Shown here one piece after another: positions 40,549 through 50,568 of a stretch of 64,000 nucleotides of DNA. Origin of the DNA: Opitutales bacterium (GTDB lineage Bacteria > Verrucomicrobiota > Verrucomicrobiia > Opitutales > PNEW01); the NCBI GenBank assembly GCA_965197745.1, contig CBDANS010000007.1:320001-384000 (forward strand). Reading direction: 5' to 3'. The translations under genes were made by a program, and so were the position numbers. Position 1 is the first letter of the stretch. The number at the start of each line of letters is the position of its first letter. The notes under the pieces were generated by a model. It saw nothing but the letters and a program-made list of their open reading frames with translations, made no database searches and was not told the origin of the DNA.

Positions 40549-40686
40549 TCGTGTCTATCTGCCCGTTGCTTAATCGGGAGTCGAAGCGATTAGAGAATAG
40601 CCAGTTTATTCCATAAACTATTTATAAATAATTTCTTATATATATTAAGCAGTTACCATATGAGAGTGATAATAAAAAAAAGAAAA

Positions 40687-40701
40687 TGGAATAATTCCTG
40701 C
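40687..40701 (+). promoter_or_regulatory. Candidate sigma54 (-24/-12) promoter of clpB
   Basis: TGGAATAATTCCTGC = GG-N10-GC, ending 17 bp before the ATG. Confidence 0.45.
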
Positions 40702-40718
40702 GTAATATAAGGTAAATC

Positions 40719-43352
40719 ATGAATATAGACCCAAATAAATTTACTGAAAAGTCAGGAGCAGCCCTCCAGAAGGCTCAGGACATTGCACGCCGTCACAATC
40801 ATCAGCAGGTTGATGGATTGCATTTACTGTCAGCCCTGGTGAACCAGGAGTATGGCGCGGTCCCGGCTATCTTGGAAAAGATGGAAATCACCCCGAGTGC
40901 AGTGCAACTTTCATTGGAAAGAGAACTGGATAAATTGCCCAGTGCATCTAGCAGTGTCGATGCATCGCGTGTTTATGTAACGCCATCTTTTCAAAATGCC
41001 ATCACAGGAGCTGAGGAAGCGGCTAATCGTTTACAGGATGAATATATCAGTGTCGAACACCTGTTACTAGGGATGATCGAGGATAGCGATAACAATGTGC
41101 TCCAGCAGTTTTTTAAACAGTTTGGTATTGATGGCAAAAAAGTTCTCACCGCGATGAAAGATGTCCGCGGTAATCAAAGGGTAGCATCACAGAACCCGGA
41201 GGCCACCTATCAATCCCTGGAAAAATATGGTATCGATCTCGTTGACCATGCGCGCTGTGGAAAGTTGGATCCGGTCATTGGACGCGATGCAGAAATACGA
41301 AGAGCCATCCGTATCCTTTCCCGTAAAACAAAGAACAATCCCGTTCTTATCGGTGATCCGGGTGTAGGAAAAACCGCTATCGTTGAAGGACTTGCCCAGC
41401 GCATTGTTCGCGGTGATGTGCCTGAGGGCTTAAAAGACAGAACCGTTTATGCCCTCTATATGGGAGCCTTACTGGCCGGCGCAAAATTCCGCGGTGAATT
41501 TGAGGAACGTCTCAAAGCAGTGCTTCAGGAAATAAAAAACAGCGAGGGCCGCATCATTCTTTTTATTGATGAGTTACATACTATTGTAGGAGCAGGTAAA
41601 GCTGAAGGAGCTATCGACGCGGGGAATATGCTTAAACCCATGTTGGCCCGAGGTGAACTCCATTGTATCGGTGCTACCACCCTCGACGAATATCGCAAAC
41701 AGATCGAAAAAGACGCCGCCCTTGAACGGCGCTTTCAAACCGTGATGGTTGATCAACCTACGGTCGAAGATACCATTTCAATTCTCCGCGGACTTCGTGA
41801 ACGTTATGAATTACATCATGCCGTCCACATCCAGGACAATGCAATCGTAAATGCGGCAGTGCTCTCTAATCGTTACATCACGGATCGGTTCTTACCAGAC
41901 AAGGCTATCGACCTCGTCGATGAAGCCTGTGCCATGATTCGCACGGAGATGGACAGCATGCCGACGGATTTGGACGAACTCAGCCGTCGAGTCATGCAGT
42001 TGGAAATAGAAGAAGCTGCTCTGAAGAAGGAAAAGGACGATGCCAGTAAGCAGCGATTAAAACAGCTTGAAAAAGAGCTCGTTGAAACACGGGAAAAGGC
42101 TGACGTCTTTCGCCGCCAATGGGAATCCGAAAAGCAATCACTCGGTGAGGTGCAGAAAGTACGTGAAGAGATCGAAAAAACAAAACGAGACATGGAACAG
42201 GCAGAACGCGATTATGATCTCAACCAACTGGCGGAATTGCGCCATGGTCGTTTGCCTGATCTGGAAGCTGAACTTAAAAAATTGGAATCAGCGGAAAGTA
42301 AATCCAACGGTGCACGTCTTTTCAAAGAGGAAGTTTCAGCTGAAGAGATTGCGGAAATCGTCTCGCGATGGTCCGGTGTCCCGGTCACGCGTTTGCTTGA
42401 AGGGGAAAGAGAAAAACTGCTACGTCTGGATGAAGAATTGCACAAACGTGTTATTGGACAGAATGAAGCTGTTGAGCTTGTCTCCGAAGCTATACTACGC
42501 GCACGTTCGGGGATTAAGGATCCCAGGAGACCCATTGGTTCGTTTCTTTTTCTTGGACCGACGGGTGTTGGAAAGACCGAGTTGGGCAAGACCCTCGCTG
42601 AATCACTTTTCGACAGCGAGGACAATATGGTGCGACTGGATATGTCAGAATATATGGAGAAACACACCGTATCGCGGTTGATCGGAGCCCCTCCAGGTTA
42701 TGTCGGTTTCGAAGAAGGAGGACAGCTCTCTGAAGCCGTGCGCCGCAAGCCGTATGCCGTTATATTATTTGATGAAATAGAAAAAGCGCATCCCGATGTC
42801 TTTAACGTTCTTCTTCAAATCATGGATGATGGGCGTATCACGGACGCGCAAGGTCATACCGTAGATTTCAAAAATACGGTTATCATCATGACTTCGAACA
42901 TCGGCAGTCGCTATTTGCAAGATGGAGTATCTGGAGATGAAATTCCCGAGTCGGTGCGCGAATCTGTGTTTGCGGAACTGCGTCAGGCCATGAGGCCAGA
43001 ATTTCTCAACCGTATTGATGACCTCGTTCTTTTCAAACCGCTGACCCTTGAGGAAATTCGGAGTATTGTTGATCTGCAACTTGTGGAATTAAACCGACGC
43101 TTGAAAGATCGCCGTATTACTATAGAACTCGACGGCGAAGCCCGCGATTGGGTAGCTGAGCGTGGCTATGATCCTGTCTTCGGCGCTCGCCCCTTGCGAC
43201 GCTTCCTGCAAAAACGTATCGAAAATAAACTGGCTCGGGCGCTCATTGCCGGTCAGGTGGAAGAGGGACAAACAGTTGATTTCATTTTAGAGGACAATGA
43301 AATCACCATGCACACCTTTCCCGAACCTCAGGTAATTATTGATAATAATTAA
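40719..43352 (+). CDS. clpB: ATP-dependent chaperone ClpB
   Basis: Two AAA+ modules ([16 protein letters not shown]), coiled-coil M domain, [11 protein letters not shown]. Confidence 0.97.
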   Translation: MNIDPNKFTEKSGAALQKAQDIARRHNHQQVDGLHLLSALVNQEYGAVPAILEKMEITPSAVQLSLERELDKLPSASSSVDASRVYVTPSFQNAITGAEEAANRLQDEYISVEHLLLGMIEDSDNNVLQQFFKQFGIDGKKVLTAMKDVRGNQRVASQNPEATYQSLEKYGIDLVDHARCGKLDPVIGRDAEIRRAIRILSRKTKNNPVLIGDPGVGKTAIVEGLAQRIVRGDVPEGLKDRTVYALYMGALLAGAKFRGEFEERLKAVLQEIKNSEGRIILFIDELHTIVGAGKAEGAIDAGNMLKPMLARGELHCIGATTLDEYRKQIEKDAALERRFQTVMVDQPTVEDTISILRGLRERYELHHAVHIQDNAIVNAAVLSNRYITDRFLPDKAIDLVDEACAMIRTEMDSMPTDLDELSRRVMQLEIEEAALKKEKDDASKQRLKQLEKELVETREKADVFRRQWESEKQSLGEVQKVREEIEKTKRDMEQAERDYDLNQLAELRHGRLPDLEAELKKLESAESKSNGARLFKEEVSAEEIAEIVSRWSGVPVTRLLEGEREKLLRLDEELHKRVIGQNEAVELVSEAILRARSGIKDPRRPIGSFLFLGPTGVGKTELGKTLAESLFDSEDNMVRLDMSEYMEKHTVSRLIGAPPGYVGFEEGGQLSEAVRRKPYAVILFDEIEKAHPDVFNVLLQIMDDGRITDAQGHTVDFKNTVIIMTSNIGSRYLQDGVSGDEIPESVRESVFAELRQAMRPEFLNRIDDLVLFKPLTLEEIRSIVDLQLVELNRRLKDRRITIELDGEARDWVAERGYDPVFGARPLRRFLQKRIENKLARALIAGQVEEGQTVDFILEDNEITMHTFPEPQVIIDNN

Positions 43353-43398
43353 TCCTCGTCTTGGTCTTCGTCCCTACAGTTATTTGCATCAATATCAT

Positions 43399-43524
43399 GG
43401 TGGAACGCACTGTCCTCAGTGCGTTTGACTATGTCGTAACTGCAGAAGCGTGCTAGGGACAGCCCGCTCCACCGTAGCCCTCCAAAAAATGAAAAAAAGG
43501 GAGGGCCACGCTCCGTCGTGGCCG
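43399..43524. repeat. REP-like palindrome cluster (inverted doublet plus a second type)
   Basis: GGTGGAACGCACTGTCCTCAGTGCGTT and inverted AAGCGTGCTAGGGACAGCCCGCTCCACC; GGAGGGCCACGCTCCGTCGTGGCCG. Confidence 0.7.
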
Positions 43525-43614
43525 CTTAGTAAGTTTGAACTATAGGCTCAGATTGAGCACCTCTAATTAATTTAAGAGGCAGACGAAGACGAAGCGGTGG
43601 TCGGAGCTTTACTA

Positions 43615-44385
43615 TTAACCTGACGAATAACCGGCATTAATCATCACGGGGGCTCCGGTTAAGGCAGAGGCTTCATCATGGCACAAGAATAATATCAGTG
43701 CTGCTACTTCTTTTGGTTCGAGAAGGCGTTTAAGCGCGGTGGGTCCAATGGCTATCTTTTCGATCACCTCATCTTCAGTCATTCCGCGTTCACGTGCTTG
43801 ATCGGCAATCTGATTCTCAACAAGAGGGGTCCGAACATATGACGGACATACCGCATGAGCGGTGATCCCATGAGGACCGCCTTCGAGGGAAGTAACGCGG
43901 GTGAGGCCAAGTATTCCATGTTTTACCGTGGTATAGCCCACTTTAAAAGCTGAAGCACGAACGGAAAGAACCGAGCCCATATTAACGATGCGACCCCAAT
44001 GCTGTTTTTTCATGTAAGGCCAGGCATAACGGGTAAGGAGGAAGGGAGCAGTTAACATCACCGCTATCATCTTCTCCCAGGTGTCATCGGAAAAATTTTC
44101 CAAGGGTGCAACATGTTGAAAACCTGCACTGTTTATGAGGATATGAACGGTCCCGAATTTTTCGACTGTCTTTTCGATAAGTTTTTTGCATTCCGTACCC
44201 TTACTTAAATCCCCTTCAATAAATGAACTGTTCAAACGTTGAGCTGCTGATGCACCTTTCTCCGTTTGCACATCGTTTATAACTACCTTTGCTCCTTCAG
44301 AAGCAAATCGTTCGGCGACGGCCAGGCCGATTCCACTGGCGGCTCCCGTGACGATCGCAACTTTATCCTTTAAGTTTATCTCCAT
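43615..44385 (-). CDS. bdhA: 3-hydroxybutyrate dehydrogenase (SDR)
   Basis: TGAASGIG, AGFQHVAPLE.F, YTTVKHG, CPSYVRTPLVENQI. Confidence 0.88.
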   Translation of the reverse strand: MEINLKDKVAIVTGAASGIGLAVAERFASEGAKVVINDVQTEKGASAAQRLNSSFIEGDLSKGTECKKLIEKTVEKFGTVHILINSAGFQHVAPLENFSDDTWEKMIAVMLTAPFLLTRYAWPYMKKQHWGRIVNMGSVLSVRASAFKVGYTTVKHGILGLTRVTSLEGGPHGITAHAVCPSYVRTPLVENQIADQARERGMTEDEVIEKIAIGPTALKRLLEPKEVAALILFLCHDEASALTGAPVMINAGYSSG

Positions 44386-44418
44386 GCTAAGTGTATCTAA
44401 TTCACCAAGCTCAACGGT

Positions 44419-45696
44419 TCACCAGCAAGTAAGGGTGTTGAGGAATAATTCTTTCAGATCATCGGCACTGGCGGGGCGGGGCGACAGTTTGGTCACACGG
44501 TGTTGCGGTAAAGTGCCCTCAACAAGCTGATCGATATCACCGGAAGTGTATCCCACTGCCTGTAATCCGTTAGGCATTCCTGTTTTTTGCATTAAGTCAA
44601 TAATCGCACCGGCAAGCATTTCACCCGCATCTTCTGGCTTTGCTTCAGAGATATCCACTCCCATTAAACTTGCGGCTTTAAGGTGTAGGATAGGGTTGGT
44701 GGGCGCGGTAAAACGAAAGACGGCGGGAGCGTTCAGAATAACCGACATGCCGTGAGGAATGATCGGGTGATCGGGCGCGTAGCCCTCGGGGGTAAAATTA
44801 CGCACCATCCCTGAAACGGGATAGGACATGCCGTGCGGTAAATGCACGCCGGCATTCCCAAAACCAATCCCCGCAAATGTAGCTGCCAGCAACATTTCTC
44901 CGCACGCTTCTTCATCGCTCGAATCATTAATTGCGCGTTCAATGTTCGAGGATACCATAGTTATCGCTTTTTTTGACCAAATATTGCTGATGGGGTTGGC
45001 TCCCTGGTAGGCAGGACGCATGCGAGGATGTTCGGGAGCGGGACGATTATTAAAAGGTAGAGCCGTCATGGATTCCAGAGCGTGGCTTAATACATCAAGG
45101 CCGGTACAGGCTGCTACCATTTTTGGGAGTTTGCGCGTATTATGAGGATCCACAATACCCAACACCGGACGCAGGGCCCAATGAGCGATGCCTGTCTTAG
45201 CATGCATTTCCTTAAGATCAAAAATCGCCACCCCGGTTGTTTCACTGCCCGTACCCGCCGTCGTTGGTATGGCGATCAAAGGTTTTAATTGGCCTGGAAC
45301 CGGTTTCCCTTCACCTATGGGTGGGTTTACATAAGTGAGAAAATCCGCAGGGTAAGTAGTGTATAGGTTGGCTGCCTTGGCAGTATCCATCGTTGAACCT
45401 CCCCCGACCGCGATAAAACCGTCGAATTTTCCTTCACTTGCGAATCGGATTGCATCATTGAAAGATATATCTGTTGGCTCGACATAAACCTGGTCGTATA
45501 AAACCGCGTCGATGCCTTCTTTTTTTAAGGCGTCAAGCGTTACCGATACAGATTCACTCTGAGAAAGGTGAGGATCAGTCAGGACCATGACACGTTGGGC
45601 CCCATAATCTTTTATATCAATCCCCACTTCGCGGGTGACGCCAGGACCATATTTGATCCGCGAAGTATCCATGATATAGGAGGTCTCTAAAGTCAT
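44419..45696 (-). CDS. Hydroxyacid-oxoacid transhydrogenase (ADHFE1-like iron-containing ADH)
   Basis: GGGSTMDTAKAANLY, PTTAGTGSETT, RPAYQGANP, GNAGVHLPHGMSYP. Confidence 0.88.
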   Translation of the reverse strand: MTLETSYIMDTSRIKYGPGVTREVGIDIKDYGAQRVMVLTDPHLSQSESVSVTLDALKKEGIDAVLYDQVYVEPTDISFNDAIRFASEGKFDGFIAVGGGSTMDTAKAANLYTTYPADFLTYVNPPIGEGKPVPGQLKPLIAIPTTAGTGSETTGVAIFDLKEMHAKTGIAHWALRPVLGIVDPHNTRKLPKMVAACTGLDVLSHALESMTALPFNNRPAPEHPRMRPAYQGANPISNIWSKKAITMVSSNIERAINDSSDEEACGEMLLAATFAGIGFGNAGVHLPHGMSYPVSGMVRNFTPEGYAPDHPIIPHGMSVILNAPAVFRFTAPTNPILHLKAASLMGVDISEAKPEDAGEMLAGAIIDLMQKTGMPNGLQAVGYTSGDIDQLVEGTLPQHRVTKLSPRPASADDLKELFLNTLTCW

Positions 45697-45963
45697 AGTC
45701 TTTCTCTTCCGATCTTCTTTAATAAGGCGGGTTTTATTTAATTGTCGATTTAATCTTTATCTCCCGCCTTCGGGATATATCAGTCCCAAAAATCAGTAAC
45801 ACCCTTTTATATCCGTTCATGTCTACAGAGTGTAATGAGCATCGCCATAGATATTTTGCCCGTGACGATTTGAAATTGGGGTAGAACAAAACCCAGTCAT
45901 GTCCGCATAGCAGTTGGGACTGATTTTTATTTTATGCGCGTATTAAGAGGTGCGGAATGAAGA

Positions 45964-47016
45964 TTAGTTTACAACATTCACAGACTTGGCTTCATATTCC
46001 TGAAGCGCCTCCTGGGCGGCTATCGCCTGTTCCGATGTCGAATCGCGTTTGATCAATCGTTTCAAGGCAAAACGCGCATGTTCATCTCCACTCCTTGCCA
46101 ACTTTAAAGCTTCAGCAAATCCCTTTTCCCCAAAACTGAGGTCTCTCGGAATAATCGGGAAATCGAGAGCTTTCCAGTAATACTGTAAATTTTTCGATTC
46201 CCATTTGGCGTAAATCTGATCCCAGGTTATATCACTAAAAGTGTTCAAGTGAGGCTCTAACATATGCTCGTTGAGAGGATGTTCCAAAGCCTGGTAGCGA
46301 TTGTCGAGCGATATTCTCAATCGATCCTCAGTTAAATTGGGCAATGCTCGATGAAGGGTCAGACAGTGAAAGATAAGGGTATCCCCAATTTCATAATTGG
46401 TTGTCACCCAGTTCCCCGGATATTTTTCAGTATCTACGGTTAAGGCCCCAGCACCCAGGGAAAAATGATGGTCAAAAACAGCATTCTCTTTGTGAGATCC
46501 CGGTAATATTGCGAGGCCACCGAGTTCGATCGGGCTTTCGCCTACAGGGGTCCAACAGGTATAGGTCTCATAATTACCCTGGAAATGAACAAAGTCCTGA
46601 TGCGCGGGAGTGGTGTGTTCCGTGTATTGTGGGAACCAGAGCCGGATAATTTTGTGGGGATAAGGAAAGACTGTATCGCCAATAATTTTCTGCATCATTT
46701 CAAGCACTTCTGGCCAGTGTCCCGACTGATGAAAAGATTCAAGCTTATAGACTTCGTGATAGACGTCGGTATATTTAATGTCTCCCTCCGTGCATCGACG
46801 CGAAAGATCAGCCACTCCGTCAGCAAGGTCTGATCCCTCTTTTAACCATCCCCCTTCACGGATCACTTCCAGCATATCCAAACGCAAGGCCTTGAGCTGA
46901 TCGGGGTTTTGCAATTTACGGAAAAATAAATACCCCTCATCATTCATCCGGCGGCGCAGCTCCTCCGCGTCGTCAATTGCGTCGTTTGATACTCTAAATT
47001 CACTAAATTCAGCCAT
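45964..47016 (-). CDS. PhyH-family dioxygenase with C-terminal extension
   Basis: EGYLFFR, TPAHQD, TCWTP, LPGSH, LHRALPN..RISLDNRYQ. Confidence 0.88.
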   Translation of the reverse strand: MAEFSEFRVSNDAIDDAEELRRRMNDEGYLFFRKLQNPDQLKALRLDMLEVIREGGWLKEGSDLADGVADLSRRCTEGDIKYTDVYHEVYKLESFHQSGHWPEVLEMMQKIIGDTVFPYPHKIIRLWFPQYTEHTTPAHQDFVHFQGNYETYTCWTPVGESPIELGGLAILPGSHKENAVFDHHFSLGAGALTVDTEKYPGNWVTTNYEIGDTLIFHCLTLHRALPNLTEDRLRISLDNRYQALEHPLNEHMLEPHLNTFSDITWDQIYAKWESKNLQYYWKALDFPIIPRDLSFGEKGFAEALKLARSGDEHARFALKRLIKRDSTSEQAIAAQEALQEYEAKSVNVVN

Positions 47017-47192
47017 TGAGAAGTCCTCGAAATAAGATGCAGTTGTTTTGAAACAGAATTTTATAGAAAAAATCGCATAACAAACAAGCAATTTGTAATA
47101 ACAATCAACGCATATTAATGGCTAAGCTCGAGTATAATTCTTGAACCCTTATTGTTCATGTGTAATAAGTGCTATCTTTCTTATAATTTAAT

Positions 47193-48152
47193 ATGAACTA
47201 CCGCCAATTTGCTGACACGGAATTAGAAGTATCTGAAATCTGCTTAGGCCCCATGCGGTTGTCCGCTAAATTTCCATCCGATGACGATAAGTCTAAAGCC
47301 GGTAAGCGTGCCATGGAAAGAGCGCTTGAGCGGGGAGTAAATTTTATTCATTCCAGCTATGAATATGGCACCCGATGGGCAGTAGGGGAGGTCCTTAAAA
47401 ACCATCCCCGACGAGACGAGATACATCATATTATCAAAGTCCCGGTTCCTGATTTCGATGACGGTGGTTCCTTCGATGCGGCTAAGTTCAGGTTGAGGAT
47501 AGAGGAGGCGCTGAGCGACTTACATACGGACTGTATTGACGTATTGCAGCATTTACAGCGGGCGCGCCCCAACGACGAAGAATTAAGAATTCCCAATATT
47601 CCTAGTGTGAGTGAGGCGATGCTGGAGGTTTTCGAAGCGTTAAAAGGGGAGGGCAAGGTCGGTTACCTGACTACATTTCCTTATACACCCGGGTATGCAG
47701 GTGCGGCCTTAAAAACAAATACTTTCAAGGGTATGGTTGCTTACTATAACCCGATCGAAATTGAAATGGCCGAGTTTTTCCCCCAGATGGAGGCACAGAA
47801 CCGGGGATTCTTTTGCATTCGCCCGTTTATGTCAGGATTGTTGACTGATAAACGTGTCAATCGAAATCAACTTGATAAAGACGATCGTTTTAATGATCCG
47901 TTGTGGGATGCATCCTATGATAGATTGGCACTGTTAAATTCTGAACTTGGCATAGAAATCAATTCATGGTCCGATTTCGCCATAAAATTTGGCCTGTACC
48001 ACCCAATCGTAACCAGCCTCATTGTCGGTCTCAACACCGAGGAACAGGTCGATGGGGTCCTCGAAGCCGCTGATGGAAATTACCCGGATAAAACAGTATT
48101 TGATAGTGCTCTCAGGATCTACCGTGAATACGGCCTTGTTAAATCAAATTGA
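47193..48152 (+). CDS. Aldo/keto reductase family protein (divergent)
   Basis: MNYRQF..TELEVSEICLG, LHTDCIDVLQH, RPFMSGLL, SLIVG. Confidence 0.8.
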   Translation: MNYRQFADTELEVSEICLGPMRLSAKFPSDDDKSKAGKRAMERALERGVNFIHSSYEYGTRWAVGEVLKNHPRRDEIHHIIKVPVPDFDDGGSFDAAKFRLRIEEALSDLHTDCIDVLQHLQRARPNDEELRIPNIPSVSEAMLEVFEALKGEGKVGYLTTFPYTPGYAGAALKTNTFKGMVAYYNPIEIEMAEFFPQMEAQNRGFFCIRPFMSGLLTDKRVNRNQLDKDDRFNDPLWDASYDRLALLNSELGIEINSWSDFAIKFGLYHPIVTSLIVGLNTEEQVDGVLEAADGNYPDKTVFDSALRIYREYGLVKSN

Positions 48153-48258
48153 AGGGGAAAATAAGGATAAGTAATAAAGTTCGAGAATTTATTCGCTCTA
48201 TTCCCGTAGCCTTTGTCACCCTGTAATTAATAGCATTGATCAATAAAAATCTATAATT

Positions 48259-49053
48259 ATGATGAAAATCACCATCCTTGGATCTGGTGCCGGGACCGAA
48301 CCTATGCCCGGGCGCCATCACAGTGCCTTTACCATCGAATATAATGGTTCTTTGTATTGGATAGACGCGGGCGAAGGTTGCACTTACACAGCTCATCTTG
48401 GCGGTATTGATCTCCTCACTACAAGGGCAATATTTATTTCCCATCCCCATATTGATCACATCGAAGGGCTTCCCCATTTAATTTCCATATTGGAAAAACT
48501 GAACTCGAGAGCGGATCCCGGATCAACCACTTTGACTGGAAAAACAATAGACGTGTTAATCCCCGATCTTGATGTGTGGAAGGCCATAATGGAAATGAAC
48601 AAGTATACCTTTCCTGCTTACGATAATAATAACATCGAATATAAATCTTCATCTTATGAAGATGGGATTATCTTTAATGAAGATGGTATTAAAGTTACGG
48701 CATTGCATAATTTACACATGGGGGAGCCGTTGAACGGGGAACCATGGCAGTCATACTCATTTCGCATTGAAGCGGGTGAAAAGTGTTTTGTTTATTCTGG
48801 AGATTTGCATGGTCCTGAAGACGTCGACCCGCTTTTTGATACCTGTGATTTGCTTTTCATGGAAGCAGGGCACTTTCCCATAGATAAAGTTTGCCGCTAT
48901 TTGAAAGATTCGGGTAAATCGTTTAATCAACTGGGAATAATTCATAACGGAAGAGAGTCCCTGGCCGACCCTCAGGGGGAACTTCAAAAAGGTAAAGACA
49001 TCCTGGGTGATAATATTTTTGTCGGTGAAGACGGCATGGTTTTTAATTTATAA
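48259..49053 (+). CDS. MBL-fold metallo-hydrolase (RNase Z-like)
   Basis: LGSG, IDAGEG, SHPHIDH, YSGD. Confidence 0.85.
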   Translation: MMKITILGSGAGTEPMPGRHHSAFTIEYNGSLYWIDAGEGCTYTAHLGGIDLLTTRAIFISHPHIDHIEGLPHLISILEKLNSRADPGSTTLTGKTIDVLIPDLDVWKAIMEMNKYTFPAYDNNNIEYKSSSYEDGIIFNEDGIKVTALHNLHMGEPLNGEPWQSYSFRIEAGEKCFVYSGDLHGPEDVDPLFDTCDLLFMEAGHFPIDKVCRYLKDSGKSFNQLGIIHNGRESLADPQGELQKGKDILGDNIFVGEDGMVFNL

Positions 49054-49103
49054 AAATTCTCATAGGGCTCGAGTCTTCCCCAATCGTAAATTTGAATTTG
49101 AGT

Positions 49104-50117
49104 ATGAATTCCGTCACGATTGAAGAGATCAACCGGCTGGTATCGGGCCTGCTTGTGGGGTCTCCAGACTTGATCATTACCGGGGTCGAGCAATTAGACA
49201 AAGCTGGGCCTTCACAGTTAACATTCATCGGCCAGAAAAAATACATAAATGCCTGGGCGGATTGTTGTGCAGCCGCGGCGCTAATTGATGAAAATCTGGA
49301 ATTAGAGCCGGGTCATGGTCGCGCCTTTATCCGTGTTCCCGACACTGATCTTGCATTAGCAACAGTTTTGGAGATCTTTGCCCCCGAAGTTCCGAGATGT
49401 GAACCGGGAGTGCATTCCAGTGCGATTATCGATCCCTCGGCTGAATTAGGTGATGGTGTAGCTATCGGTCCCGGGTGTGTAATTGGCGCACGCGTTCGAA
49501 TTGACAGGAATGCCGTGCTCTATGCCAATGTTACGGTTCTTGATGATTCAAGCATCGGTGAAGGCACGACAATCTGGCCGGGTACTGTCATTCGCGAGCG
49601 CTGCCTCATAGGTAACGGTTGCATCATACACCCCAACGTAACAATTGGTGCAGATGGGTTTGGCTATCGGCCCTCATCAGACGGTGAAAGTTTAGTTAAG
49701 ATCCCGCAGATCGGGACTGTGTGTATTGGTGACAATGTTGAAATCGGAGCAGGTAGTTGCGTTGATCGAGGTAAGTTCAGTGCCACTGCAATCGGAGATG
49801 GCACCAAGATTGACAATCTGGTTCAGATAGCACATAACTGCACCATAGGACGGTCTTGTGTGATTGCGGGTCTGGTTGGCATCAGCGGCTCGGTAACCAT
49901 TGGCAATGGTGTCATGATTGGGGGCAATGTGGGAATCGCAGATCATGTTTCCATCGGTGATAGGGCAGTACTTGGAGCAAAGGCTGGAATCATGCGAGAT
50001 GTCCCTCCGGGTAAATTTGTCGTCGGCGCTCCAGCCCGCGAGACCAAAAAAGCGATGAGGGAATGGGCCGCTCTTTCAAGGCTCCCTGATCTGATTAAAG
50101 AATGGCGGAAGAAATGA
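49104..50117 (+). CDS. lpxD: UDP-3-O-acylglucosamine N-acyltransferase
   Basis: Hexapeptide repeats, IGADGFGY, KIPQIG, TKIDNLVQIAHN. Confidence 0.95.
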   Translation: MNSVTIEEINRLVSGLLVGSPDLIITGVEQLDKAGPSQLTFIGQKKYINAWADCCAAAALIDENLELEPGHGRAFIRVPDTDLALATVLEIFAPEVPRCEPGVHSSAIIDPSAELGDGVAIGPGCVIGARVRIDRNAVLYANVTVLDDSSIGEGTTIWPGTVIRERCLIGNGCIIHPNVTIGADGFGYRPSSDGESLVKIPQIGTVCIGDNVEIGAGSCVDRGKFSATAIGDGTKIDNLVQIAHNCTIGRSCVIAGLVGISGSVTIGNGVMIGGNVGIADHVSIGDRAVLGAKAGIMRDVPPGKFVVGAPARETKKAMREWAALSRLPDLIKEWRKK

Positions 50118-50151
50118 AACGGGGTCCTCACTGGATGATCCTGAGATAAGA

Positions 50152-50174
50152 TCACTTTTCATCTTGAAAAGTGA
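50152..50174. terminator. Hairpin after lpxD
   Basis: TCACTTTTCA-TCT-TGAAAAGTGA. Confidence 0.4.
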
Positions 50175-50322
50175 AAGTGCGCGATGATTATCGCTGCTTA
50201 AAGGTGAAGAGTTCGAGGCTATTGCCTGATTCGACTAAGCTCATCACCGGCTGATCGATTAAAAATCATGATACCCGGCTGTTGACTCTCTTTATTTTTT
50301 TTCATCATACTGGGTAACCACA

Positions 50323-50535
50323 ATGAGTTTATTTGGTCCGATTTTCTATTTTATACTTGTAGCCCTGCTCTTTATGTTCTGGAGGAAGACTCGCGGTTTG
50401 TCGCTTGATAAACTTCTTGCAAAAAGCGCCCACGATCATCACCAAATTAATAAAGTATCGGCCGGGCATCCGCGCGGTGGAACATGGGAAGAACACCAAC
50501 AATGGGTGAAAGATATAGAATCTACAGGGGATTAG
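50323..50535 (+). CDS. Small membrane-anchored hypothetical protein
   Basis: 70-aa ORF with N-terminal hydrophobic helix, preceded by TTGACT-N17-CATACT. Confidence 0.55.
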   Translation: MSLFGPIFYFILVALLFMFWRKTRGLSLDKLLAKSAHDHHQINKVSAGHPRGGTWEEHQQWVKDIESTGD

Positions 50536-50568
50536 CTCATTCTTACGCAGCTAATCACTTAAGCTACA

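Noticed and set aside
41210..43271. Alternative-frame and antisense ORFs within clpB (and similar ones in metE, guaB, gcvP and others)
   Set aside because: Shadow ORFs of well-supported genes with no independent coding signal
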